Below the pieces are notes generated by a model. That model ran no database searches, was not told where the DNA came from, and saw nothing but the letters and a program-made list of their open reading frames with translations. Shown here piece after piece: positions 1-7,732 of a stretch of DNA of 25,425 nt; position 1 is the first letter of the stretch, and every line of letters starts with the position of its first letter. Origin of the DNA: a virus. Its lineage: Duplodnaviria > Caudoviricetes. Location of the stretch: positions 1-25,425 of IMG/VR virus record IMGVR_UViG_3300045424_000120, one strand, 5' to 3'. Position numbers and translations under genes: made by a program.

Positions 1-71
1 CTCACCTCATCAAATACCGCCTTGCGAAGTGGATCCCATCTAAATATTCTATTTACTAACCAATCAATCAT
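1..71 (-). CDS. hypothetical protein, runs off window start
   Basis: Manual translation MIDWLVNRIFRWDPLRKAVFDEV...; the ATG overlaps the end of the upstream ORF. Confidence 0.5.
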   Translation of the reverse strand, partial: MIDWLVNRIFRWDPLRKAVFDEV

Positions 72-168
72 TTTCTGGATCCTTTTCCCATGTAAGCTTT
101 CCATCTTTGTATACTGGCCAATATCCTAATGGACGCCAATCCATCTTCATAATCTTAGGCTCTTTCAT
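64..168 (-). CDS. small hypothetical protein (34 aa)
   Basis: Manual translation MKEPKIMKMDWRPLGYWPVYKDGKLTWEKDPEND; overlaps both neighbours. Confidence 0.55.
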   Translation of the reverse strand: MKEPKIMKMDWRPLGYWPVYKDGKLTWEKDPEND

Positions 169-310
169 TAGAAATAATTCTCATCTGCTCCATAATAAGG
201 GCTTGCTTTCTTTCAAATGCACTAGATTGAGGCTTGGACGCCAGCCTCTTTAAATTTTTCTTTTGGCGCTTTACCCCAGCCTTGGATTTAATTACATTAT
301 TTTTTTTCAT
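155..310 (-). CDS. small basic protein (51 aa), probably leaderless
   Basis: MKKNNVIKSKAGVKRQKKNLKRL...; ATG lies 6 nt after a -10 box. Confidence 0.65.
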   Translation of the reverse strand: MKKNNVIKSKAGVKRQKKNLKRLASKPQSSAFERKQALIMEQMRIISNERA

Positions 311-316
311 ATATTT

Positions 317-345
317 AGTATACTAAATAACCATAAATGTGTCAA
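317..345 (-). promoter_or_regulatory. sigma70/SigA-type promoter
   Basis: TTGACA-17 nt-TATACT. Confidence 0.85.
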
Positions 346-359
346 TAGTATTTATGGTA

Positions 360-491
360 TTAGCTTACGTAGTAGTTTCGTGCATGCCTTTTACATACAG
401 TTATTATGGTTGCACCTGCTTGATCCCAATAGGTACCTATTTCTTCACAATAGTAACACTTCTCATCTTTTAATTCAGAAATCTTATTCAT
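360..491 (-). CDS. small Zn-finger-like protein (43 aa)
   Basis: MNKISELKDEKCYYC...VCKRH; CxxC and CxxH motifs. Confidence 0.6.
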   Translation of the reverse strand: MNKISELKDEKCYYCEEIGTYWDQAGATIITVCKRHARNYYVS

Positions 492-1137
492 AGTCACCCC
501 TTATTATATCTTCTATTATACTATACAAATAGCCTTTTTCTTTTAGTGACTGAACTACATAATGGTCCCCCTCAAAAAAATGCAATATAACGTTATCTTG
601 ATCTGGAAATAGCGTAGAATGCTTCATATCTTCACCAAAATTTCCAAAAATAATATGATATATTGAATTATTGCTAAAGCACCCATCTAGAGATAAATGC
701 CTCCATATAACTATTTTATCAGTGTGCTCATGCCACCTACTTTCAAAAGGAACTATAGATTTATTGACTGACCACTGCGGAGCAAAAGCAATTACTTTTG
801 ATACATTAAAGTAGTTTGAAGCAACTATTGCACAAAATCCTCCCATAGAATTTCCTAAAGAGTATATGGTTTTATCTTTAATGTATGGATCTATAATTAA
901 CTTGAGGTTGTCCCAATCAAAATTACCCCAAGACCTTGTTTTATCAATAATGAATATAGAGGTTGAGTTGTTGGTAGATTTAGCAAATTCTTCTTTTTGT
1001 ATTTCTATATTTGCTATCATCATACCCGCCCCAGAAAAACACAAAAAAACATTATCAGAATTTCTTCTTTTAATTGCAATTTTTATATTATTATCTTCAT
1101 ACAAAAGATCCATCACAGGTTCTTTGTATTCAATCAA
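484..1137 (-). CDS. alpha/beta hydrolase-fold protein
   Basis: GNSMGG nucleophile elbow, FAPQ, late GDH. Start is likely 1137 (TTG) or 1113 (ATG), because 1130-1191 encodes the upstream oxygenase tail. Confidence 0.75.
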   Translation of the reverse strand: MIEYKEPVMDLLYEDNNIKIAIKRRNSDNVFLCFSGAGMMIANIEIQKEEFAKSTNNSTSIFIIDKTRSWGNFDWDNLKLIIDPYIKDKTIYSLGNSMGGFCAIVASNYFNVSKVIAFAPQWSVNKSIVPFESRWHEHTDKIVIWRHLSLDGCFSNNSIYHIIFGNFGEDMKHSTLFPDQDNVILHFFEGDHYVVQSLKEKGYLYSIIEDIIRGDYE

Positions 1138-1670
1138 TTGGTCCACGCAGCCCATATCCAAAACTGTATCGTAATCCATCTGTAAGCTCAAGAACTTCGT
1201 GTTTTTCTTTAGCCTGATATCATTACATCTCCTGCAACTGGGCTATAAGATATACCTAGGTCTGGAAAGCTTAGGCCTCCTCCTGTAAAATTATCGTTAA
1301 TATATGCCATACATATAAAGTTATCCGAAGCCACATCTGTGTCATCTACATGAGCTTCCATTGAGCTATTTGGTATCAGCTTAGATACAGTTATAAAATC
1401 TTTTTTTGGTATCATTTTTTCTATATTATAAACAGACATGTACTGTGTAATAGGCAATAGCATGTCTGATAAACACATAGACCTTAACCTTATTGCCGCT
1501 AAATTATCTTTACTGGAAAATAAAGTTGGGAGCTCCATTGTTAAATGAGGTCTTCTTTCGGTATGCATTAATGGATAAGCAGTATTAGATACTTGCTCAA
1601 TTATATCAATATATGGATTTGGGTTAAATGCGTTTGTAAATCGAATTAATCGATTAGCCAATATCTCCAT
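1130..1670 (-). pseudogene. 2OG-Fe(II) oxygenase interrupted by a frameshift near 1217-1220 (pseudogene or assembly error)
   Basis: HVD and YINDNFTGG lie in the annotated frame; the missing distal His and Arg (QAKEKHEVLELTDGLRYSFG) continue in another frame to a TGA at 1130. Confidence 0.8.
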
Positions 1671-1881
1671 TAGTTTTATCCTTTAGCCTAAGCCATCTGC
1701 CATATTTATTTGGAACGTCTGCTCCAATATACTCTTGACCAGTTTCTAGGTCTATTAGCAACCATTTGCCTGGTGCCTTTGTATGTATTGTTAGATCTAC
1801 AGCTTTTGGGAACTCTTCCACTTCCGCCCCCTGATACATTTTAGGCAGAAAACTATATACGTTATTTAAAAGTCTTCTCAT
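1654..1881 (-). CDS. hypothetical protein
   Basis: 75-aa ORF with TATAAT 6 nt upstream of the ATG. Confidence 0.75.
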   Translation of the reverse strand: MRRLLNNVYSFLPKMYQGAEVEEFPKAVDLTIHTKAPGKWLLIDLETGQEYIGADVPNKYGRWLRLKDKTNGDIG

Positions 1882-1888
1882 TATACTA

Positions 1889-1978
1889 TTATACTATAGA
1901 GCTTTCTTCTATTCTATCCACTGCATCATCAATTGTTGGTGAGTGTTCTTTTGTGCAACTGCCGCATTCTCTACACAT
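1889..1978 (-). CDS. Cys-rich micro-protein (29 aa)
   Basis: MCRECGSCTKEHSPTIDDAVDRIEESSIV; fills the gap and overlaps the DUF2061 stop. Confidence 0.55.
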   Translation of the reverse strand: MCRECGSCTKEHSPTIDDAVDRIEESSIV

Positions 1979-2183
1979 TTCTGCCCCATTGAATGTTATT
2001 CCATCCACGCTCATGTGCATAGTATATAAATACTTTAACTACCGTTTCCCAAAATGCAATAGCTCCAGACAATGTAGCATTTTTTGTAAGAACATATGCA
2101 ACAGCAAATGAGGATAGTGTACCCCAGATCCTATAGCTTAATGCTTTTACAAAAGATCTAGCCTTTGTTACTTTCATCTTCAT
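1971..2183 (-). CDS. DUF2061-family small membrane protein
   Basis: RSFVKALSYR...YYAHERGW signature. Confidence 0.85.
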   Translation of the reverse strand: MKMKVTKARSFVKALSYRIWGTLSSFAVAYVLTKNATLSGAIAFWETVVKVFIYYAHERGWNNIQWGRNV

Positions 2184-2292
2184 CCCTTTGCTTAAACATT
2201 GATGCTACAAATCTGTCTTCTGCATCTGCAATTCCTTTTGATGATTTTTCTAGATATTTAAATACCGAGTTCTTTACGTTTTTGAGTAGCAC
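2158..2292 (-). CDS. possible small protein (44 aa, GTG start)
   Basis: MLLKNVKNSVFKYLEK...; spans the gap and overlaps both neighbours. Confidence 0.35.
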   Translation of the reverse strand: MLLKNVKNSVFKYLEKSSKGIADAEDRFVASMFKQRDEDESNKG

Positions 2293-3013
2293 TAATAGCT
2301 TCAATTTCTGCTCCTAACGATACTTGTTCGATCTTATATCCAACATCACGACCATATACTATATTAGTAATGTTTGGCATCTTAATTACCATTGCTTTAT
2401 CCATTACTGGATCTTGTGCGATATATCCTTTTACTTGTTCAAAATCTAATGGATCTTTTTCGCTTGTCTTATATGTATTTCTTACACCTAGCATTACTTG
2501 ATCTGTTCTATTGCCCGCCTCTTGGTATAAAGCGTGATGTCCTTCATGCCATGGCTGGTATCTACCTAGCATTAGCGTGGTTGGCTGACGCCAATCGTGT
2601 AACTGAAAATCAACACATGCAATTCTTGCTGCAACATCATACTCCGTCATATCATCAAATGTTAAGTCTGGGTTTGCTGGGGTCTCCCACATTGCAGTTG
2701 TATCTGGAAAATCTCTGACTGGTTTTCTATTCATCCAAACTACTTTATCTGGGTTGCCAAAGGAAGATCTTGTTTCTGCTGTCGGATTAATAAAATCTAC
2801 GACAACATGGTATCCTTGATCGGATAATAATCTAGATAGAGCTCCCATTCTACGAGCTTGTTCTAGTCTATCTTCTGGGCTAAACCCTAAATCTTTATTT
2901 AATTCTGCTCTGACTGCATCTGCATTTAAATGAACGGCGTTAATTCTATCCGCCAACTCTTTTGCAAATGTAGTTTTTCCAGATCCTGGCAGACCAATTA
3001 CTTGAATAATCAT
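2258..3013 (-). CDS. APS kinase-like P-loop domain fused to an HxGH nucleotidyltransferase domain
   Basis: GLPGSGKT, NADAVR..DLGFS..DR; then GRYQPWHEGH and ISATQKR. Confidence 0.8.
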   Translation of the reverse strand: MIIQVIGLPGSGKTTFAKELADRINAVHLNADAVRAELNKDLGFSPEDRLEQARRMGALSRLLSDQGYHVVVDFINPTAETRSSFGNPDKVVWMNRKPVRDFPDTTAMWETPANPDLTFDDMTEYDVAARIACVDFQLHDWRQPTTLMLGRYQPWHEGHHALYQEAGNRTDQVMLGVRNTYKTSEKDPLDFEQVKGYIAQDPVMDKAMVIKMPNITNIVYGRDVGYKIEQVSLGAEIEAISATQKRKELGI

Positions 3014-3034
3014 TTTACTTCTCTCTGTTTGTAA

Positions 3035-3083
3035 ATAACATACCCTACATAAGTATTATACTATATGTAGGGCATGTTATCAA
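3035..3083 (-). promoter_or_regulatory. promoter inside a 17-bp inverted repeat (possibly also a terminator)
   Basis: TTGATA-17-TATAAT; arms 3035-3051 and 3064-3080 with one mismatch. Confidence 0.7.
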
Positions 3084-3090
3084 TAGATAC

Positions 3091-3297
3091 TTATACTTTT
3101 TTTCTACCTGATTTTTTAGGTGGTTTTGGAATTAAACTTGTTTCTCTTCTTATTCCATGCTTGTTTGTATCAATTTTTACACCTTGTCTTGGATACCTTT
3201 TAGGTGTTTCTCTACTTGTAACGGCTCCTGCTGCTGCACCTGCATTTGGTGCTGGTGTTGTGCCTGTGCCATCTTCTTTTTTAAATCTTTCAGACAC
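3091..3297 (-). CDS. small basic disordered protein
   Basis: 68-aa ORF; the GTG overlaps the upstream TAG. Confidence 0.7.
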   Translation of the reverse strand: MSERFKKEDGTGTTPAPNAGAAAGAVTSRETPKRYPRQGVKIDTNKHGIRRETSLIPKPPKKSGRKKV

Positions 3298-3428
3298 TAA
3301 TCTATATCCTGTCCGTTTGCGCCTCTTGGCTCTGACATTTCGTGTGTCGATGACTCTTCTATTTCAACAGACATCATTCCTGATGCTGATCCAACAGAGT
3401 TAGACTCACAACCGCATCCTATACACAT
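3297..3428 (-). CDS. micro-protein with N-terminal CxxCGC motif (43 aa)
   Basis: MCIGCGCESNSVGSASGMMSVEIEESSTHEMSEPRGANGQDID; TAATG and TAGTG couplings on either side. Confidence 0.7.
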   Translation of the reverse strand: MCIGCGCESNSVGSASGMMSVEIEESSTHEMSEPRGANGQDID

Positions 3429-3646
3429 TAGTTGCAGTTCTCACAATCTTTAACCGCACATTCAGCTTCGCCTCTTGTGTCTCTGGTGCATTCTGCTCCA
3501 GATTTTGCAACAACTGGTGCTGGTGCAACAACTGGTGCTGGTGCAACAACTGGTGCTGGTGCAACAACTGGTGCTGGCTCTACTGCTTTTGCAATTGCTG
3601 CTTCAATTGTTGGTGCAACAATTTCTTCTTTGATAAGATCAGTCAT
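3428..3646 (-). CDS. small protein with APAPVV repeats and a four-Cys C-terminus
   Basis: 72-aa ORF ending CTRDTRGEAECAVKDCENCN. Confidence 0.75.
   Translation of the reverse strand: MTDLIKEEIVAPTIEAAIAKAVEPAPVVAPAPVVAPAPVVAPAPVVAKSGAECTRDTRGEAECAVKDCENCN
3506..3577. repeat. perfect 18-bp tandem repeat, 4 copies, coding
   Basis: (tgcaacaactggtgctgg)x4. Confidence 0.95.
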
Positions 3647-3648
3647 TG

Positions 3649-3804
3649 TTACTTTCCGCCTTGGCCTACGCCTGAGCTATCCTGTGTTGACTTGTCTGTC
3701 GATGGGAATGCCGCTCCTGGATCTGCAGCGTACTGCTCTCCAATTGTGTGCTGTACTGCTGGCTTTACTTCGTTAAATCCTGTTAAATTCAATCCGTCTG
3801 TCAT
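3649..3804 (-). CDS. small protein (51 aa)
   Basis: MTDGLNLTGFNEVKPAVQHTIGEQYAADPGAAFPSTDKSTQDSSGVGQGGK; AGGAG SD upstream. Confidence 0.75.
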   Translation of the reverse strand: MTDGLNLTGFNEVKPAVQHTIGEQYAADPGAAFPSTDKSTQDSSGVGQGGK

Positions 3805-3830
3805 TTTCTTACTCCTATAGGTTATTTATT

Positions 3831-3870
3831 TAAGCGGGACTAGTATTCCGCTTATAGGTATATTATAGCA
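3831..3870 (-). promoter_or_regulatory. extended -10 promoter with a 5' leader hairpin
   Basis: TGCTATAAT followed by TAAGCGG...CCGCTTA. Confidence 0.65.
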
Positions 3871-3880
3871 TTATTATGAT

Positions 3881-4474
3881 TTAGTTGACTGGTTCAAAGA
3901 AAAGGATCAGGCAGTGCCTGGAGCCAGATATAACCTTATTTACTGCATGTGGCTTTTTATAGTCACCTTCAAAAAAAATCAATGACCCTGCTTTTGGATT
4001 CATCGATATGTCTTGCTTTGGAAAAACCAGCTCCCCGCCTTTGTAATCATCATTTAAATATAATAGGCCAGACTTATTAGAAATATACTTTTCCCTAATA
4101 CGAATAGCCCCATTTTCATCTTCGTAGTGGTTATCCATATGCATATCATTTAAAGAGCCTTCTTTCATGCAGCTAAAAAAATAGCTTTTTACCTTGTGCT
4201 GTTCTTTAAATTTTTCTGACACGATGTCTTTGATTGAAAATATTAATGAATTATAAATATCTATTGCTATATTATAATTAGGAGAATCCTTATAATCGCT
4301 AACACTGTCTGGGTTTATTAGCTGCTCTCCCATTGGGCCGCCAAAGATGTTATGCCTTGGCGTTTCTACTAAATATGGCTGTATAGAATTTATTAAAAAG
4401 GTTGCCGTGTCTTTAGATATAAAATCTTTAATTATAAAGATATCGTCAGCCAACTCTTCAATATTTTTTTTCAT
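3881..4474 (-). CDS. 2OG-Fe(II) oxygenase (prolyl-hydroxylase-like)
   Basis: HMD, YLNDDYKGGEL, PHAV, GSRH. Confidence 0.9.
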   Translation of the reverse strand: MKKNIEELADDIFIIKDFISKDTATFLINSIQPYLVETPRHNIFGGPMGEQLINPDSVSDYKDSPNYNIAIDIYNSLIFSIKDIVSEKFKEQHKVKSYFFSCMKEGSLNDMHMDNHYEDENGAIRIREKYISNKSGLLYLNDDYKGGELVFPKQDISMNPKAGSLIFFEGDYKKPHAVNKVISGSRHCLILFFEPVN

Positions 4475-4593
4475 CTTTTATAAATTTTTTCATAGCAGTC
4501 AGCACACATATCTATAATTCCACTTTCTGGAAGCGATCCTATCCTTGATGCCTTTTTACCACAATTTTTAATTTCGCATGTATCGCCTAACAA
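4471..4593 (-). CDS. small Zn-ribbon protein (40 aa, TTG start)
   Basis: MLGDTCEIKNCG...MCADC; AAGGAGG SD; ATGA overlap with the next gene. Confidence 0.65.
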   Translation of the reverse strand: MLGDTCEIKNCGKKASRIGSLPESGIIDMCADCYEKIYKR

Positions 4594-5369
4594 GAAGATG
4601 CCTCCTTGATCAATGAAAAAAGATCTTCTAGGCCTTCGCTGCTGTCACATGATACAAGTAGATCAGTTACACCATACTTTTCAATTTCATTTAATTTGCT
4701 TCGCACGTCTTCTTTATTGCCATAGACTATCCATTTTAAAACAGAAGGATCTTTTGAATTAATAAAAGAATCTATATCTTCATTTTCTTTAAATATTTTA
4801 ATTTCTGTAGCTGCCATCCAGCCCTTGTCTTTTGGAAATTCGCTTTCTCCAAGGGTATAGTAGTCCAGCATTGCTAATCCGTAGTCTCCATAGTTAATTA
4901 AATTATATATAGATTTTTCAGATGTTCCAGATATAACTATTTCTGGTATTTGGTTTTTAATTATATCTAATGATCTAAACTTGTCTAGCCACCTTGTTGT
5001 GTATGCAACTCTGTCCTGAGAGGTAGCTATTGAGTCATTTATATCTATAACATCTGCAACGCTAGTCTCATCTTTATGTAAATCACCAGCAACTACATTT
5101 AAAACTATCTTGTTCTTAGATAATGAATTTGAAGCCGCAACCATCATTGCACAATATTCTGGGCTTATGGCATACGTTCTAATAGCAATCATCATCTTCA
5201 TCTTAATATTGTCATCAATAATTTTGGCCGACTTTATCCAAAAATCTTCTTGCCTTGAATGATAAGTCATAAGCATCGAGTAAAATCCAGACTCAGATGC
5301 TTTGTGTGTAATATTTTTTAAAGATTCTGGGCTAGTGTCTAACCCTCTAAGCATAAAATGGAATTTCAT
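4587..5369 (-). CDS. luciferase-like flavin monooxygenase family protein
   Basis: AS..GFYSML, IAIRTYAISP, LNVVAG, YGN..DVRSKL..YGVTD pattern of LLM proteins. Confidence 0.75.
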   Translation of the reverse strand: MKFHFMLRGLDTSPESLKNITHKASESGFYSMLMTYHSRQEDFWIKSAKIIDDNIKMKMMIAIRTYAISPEYCAMMVAASNSLSKNKIVLNVVAGDLHKDETSVADVIDINDSIATSQDRVAYTTRWLDKFRSLDIIKNQIPEIVISGTSEKSIYNLINYGDYGLAMLDYYTLGESEFPKDKGWMAATEIKIFKENEDIDSFINSKDPSVLKWIVYGNKEDVRSKLNEIEKYGVTDLLVSCDSSEGLEDLFSLIKEASSC

Positions 5370-5509
5370 TTAGGACCAGATGCTTTTTGTCCCCTATAGC
5401 CAGTCTTCTTTTTATTCATAGACCCTGGCTTCTTATACCCAGCTCCGTTTGGAGTCGCTGCAATTCTTTGCTCTAAAGCTTTTTTAATTTTATCGTTGTG
5501 CTTTCCCAT
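5366..5509 (-). CDS. small basic protein (47 aa)
   Basis: MGKHNDKIKKALEQRIAATPNGAGYKKPGSMNKKK...; coupled to neighbours at both ends. Confidence 0.7.
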   Translation of the reverse strand: MGKHNDKIKKALEQRIAATPNGAGYKKPGSMNKKKTGYRGQKASGPK

Positions 5510-5727
5510 TATTTAACCTTATGTCCAAACTTCGACCACACTCTTTCGTGTAAGAAGTACCCAACCATTTCACATGCAGTATAAATTATTGCAAATGTTC
5601 CAGCATATTCCCAATGGGCTTCGCCAGTAATAGCCTTTTCAAAAAAATAGACTAATGTGCCAACAAACCCAATATGAACTGCTGGCCAAGTAATTGACTT
5701 ATATAAACTTCTTTTGTTTGATTCCAT
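5509..5727 (-). CDS. DUF2061-family small membrane protein
   Basis: RSLYKSITW...YFLHERVW. Confidence 0.8.
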   Translation of the reverse strand: MESNKRSLYKSITWPAVHIGFVGTLVYFFEKAITGEAHWEYAGTFAIIYTACEMVGYFLHERVWSKFGHKVK

Positions 5728-5750
5728 ACAACCATTCTATCATTTATATA

Positions 5751-5786
5751 TTAAAGGGGCAAGACCCTAAGATCCTGCCCCTTTAA
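5751..5786 (-). terminator. intrinsic terminator-like hairpin
   Basis: GGGGCAGGATC-TTAG-GGTCTTGCCCC then TTTAAT, just after a stop codon. Confidence 0.8.
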
Positions 5787-5796
5787 TTGAAGTTAT

Positions 5797-6930
5797 TTAC
5801 TTCTTTAGTGCTACCTTTAGCTTAGGGAACTTCTTGTTCCACTTAGTTGCAAGAGCGTTGTACTCCGCCTTATATTTTGCTGCTGCAGTTGCTGCAGAAA
5901 GATCTGCTGCTGCTTTAGCAGTTGCAGAATCTGAAATTGCTTTTGCGTTAGCATCAGCAAGGATTTTATCTGAGGCAGACTTTGTGTCTACCGAAAGCTT
6001 GTCTGCTGCTGCTTTATCTGCTGCACGTCCAGCCTTTTCTGCTGCAAGAAGATTTGCTGCTGCTTGTGCATCTAGTGCACGTCCAGCCTTTTCTGCTGCA
6101 AGTTGTGCGGTAAGTGTTGCAACGGTACCGTTTAGGTCAGATACCGTAAATGCTGCCTGTGCTGCCTTGATCGGTGCAGTTAGTCCAGCTACCGTTGCTG
6201 CTGAGGTTGCTCCAGTAACAACAACAGTTACTGTTCCAGCAACTCCGATTGCAAGCGATGCAGTCTTAGAGCCAGCAACAAGTGTTGTGTCTGCTGTTGC
6301 TTCAGCTGTTGTTGATGTAACAAGTGTCTTTGTGACTGTTCCATCAGCAAATGTTGATCCAAGTACTGTGGCTGTTAATGTTTCTCCAGTTAGGATAGCG
6401 TTACCAAAAACGTCTGTGGCGGACACAGTAACCGTTGGAATGGTTCCAACTGCTGATGCTGCTGGCACTGCAACTGCAACATTTGATGCTGTTCCAGCTA
6501 TTCCCTTAATGTATACTACTGTTGAGTATGCACCATTTGTAATAGTTACTGTTCCAACTTTTACGCTTGTTGTATATGCGTATACTGTTACCGCTGCTCC
6601 AGCCGATGTTACCGATAGAGTAGATGATCCAGATGCAATTGTTTTTGGTGAATCTGTTGTGTGCAAAGCAGTTACAAGTTTAACCGTATCTGATGCTACG
6701 AACGACACAATTGTTGAAGTGTCTGCTGTTGCAGCGATTGCCACAGATGTTCCAGATGTAATCTGGTTTGCTGACGGCACTGCAACTGATGCTGGTGCTG
6801 CAGATGTAGTTGAGTTAGCTACTGTCGCTACAGTCACTGACAATGGTGCTGCCGATGCTGGTGAGACAGGAACGCTCATAATCGCTAGGGCTGCAGCAGT
6901 AGCGATTGATAGTTTCTTGAATGATTTCAT
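5797..6930 (-). CDS. secreted Ala/Thr/Val-rich surface protein with C-terminal coiled coil
   Basis: Sec signal ending ASA, beta-rich body, Ala/Lys helical tail; AAGGAG SD. Confidence 0.8.
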   Translation of the reverse strand: MKSFKKLSIATAAALAIMSVPVSPASAAPLSVTVATVANSTTSAAPASVAVPSANQITSGTSVAIAATADTSTIVSFVASDTVKLVTALHTTDSPKTIASGSSTLSVTSAGAAVTVYAYTTSVKVGTVTITNGAYSTVVYIKGIAGTASNVAVAVPAASAVGTIPTVTVSATDVFGNAILTGETLTATVLGSTFADGTVTKTLVTSTTAEATADTTLVAGSKTASLAIGVAGTVTVVVTGATSAATVAGLTAPIKAAQAAFTVSDLNGTVATLTAQLAAEKAGRALDAQAAANLLAAEKAGRAADKAAADKLSVDTKSASDKILADANAKAISDSATAKAAADLSAATAAAKYKAEYNALATKWNKKFPKLKVALKK

Positions 6931-7027
6931 TCTATTTATTTCTCCTTAATTAAGTCTGTCTCTTTACGAGTACAGAAATTTGTGACATGTTCACACTATG
7001 TAAGACGCTTTTGTATGCCAAATGTCG

Positions 7028-7228
7028 CTAGTTTAGTGCTATTACTTTTACTTGAAATGAACATGGATCTCCGCCTTCATCCCATTCTTGCATTTCTTCT
7101 TCTGTCAGGGGAGGGCCATCGTGTGTATTACAAAATACATCCGACACCCATCCTCGATCATAGCCATTTTTTAACCATATTTCAAACTCTACATGATCAA
7201 TATATCCTTCATCTGGTTCTAAATCCAT
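7028..7228 (-). CDS. hypothetical protein
   Basis: 66-aa ORF with C.THDG.P and DPC. Confidence 0.75.
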   Translation of the reverse strand: MDLEPDEGYIDHVEFEIWLKNGYDRGWVSDVFCNTHDGPPLTEEEMQEWDEGGDPCSFQVKVIALN

Positions 7229-7521
7229 TCTGAAAGCTCCTCAAGCATTACATGTTTCGGCTTGGCTCCAGAAATTGTTTTTACTGGCTTCCCAGACTTA
7301 AATAGTACCATATATGGGATAGAGGTTACAGAGTATTCTGCTGATTTTACTGGATTCTCATCAACATTTAACTTACCAATCCATAATCCACGCTCATTTG
7401 ATATCTCGTCTAGTATTGGAGATATCCTTTTGCATGGGCCACACCATGGTGCCCAAAAGTCGATAAGAACTAAGTTGTGAGACTCAATAACACTATCGAA
7501 ACTTTCATCTGTAACTATCAA
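7219..7521 (-). CDS. trxA: thioredoxin
   Basis: DFWAPWCGPCK and SIP motifs. Confidence 0.95.
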   Translation of the reverse strand: MIVTDESFDSVIESHNLVLIDFWAPWCGPCKRISPILDEISNERGLWIGKLNVDENPVKSAEYSVTSIPYMVLFKSGKPVKTISGAKPKHVMLEELSEWI

Positions 7522-7522
7522 T

Positions 7523-7732
7523 CTACTCTCCCTTTAGCTCATCCGCTGCTTTATTAAATTTGTTCATAAATGTTTGGATTACCCAAACTGCGGTTTCTCC
7601 TGCGTTGACTGACATGGCCTTGGAGGCCTCTTCAGTTCTATCTTCGATAGCAAGGGCGTTGTACCATTTCTGGTACAACTCCTCACCAATCTCTTTAATA
7701 ATTTCTTCAAGTACAGTTAGCTTGTTATCCAT
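7523..7732 (-). CDS. hypothetical protein
   Basis: 69-aa ORF overlapping the upstream stop. Confidence 0.7.
   Translation of the reverse strand: MDNKLTVLEEIIKEIGEELYQKWYNALAIEDRTEEASKAMSVNAGETAVWVIQTFMNKFNKAADELKGE

Noticed and set aside
1209-1211. Stop-codon readthrough or alternative genetic code
   Set aside because: The missing domain is in a different frame, and TAA, TAG and TGA all end genes normally elsewhere
3506-3577. Possible CRISPR array
   Set aside because: No spacers; it is an in-frame coding tandem repeat
5834-6949. Long plus-strand ORF (also 12963-13529, 13572-14045 and the other plus-strand ORFs)
   Set aside because: Antisense shadows of Ala-rich or well-supported minus-strand genes, with no motifs or SD
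6981-6995. CRP or Rex site
   Set aside because: The TGTGA/TCACA spacing is 5 nt rather than the canonical 6; kept only as an unassigned dyad
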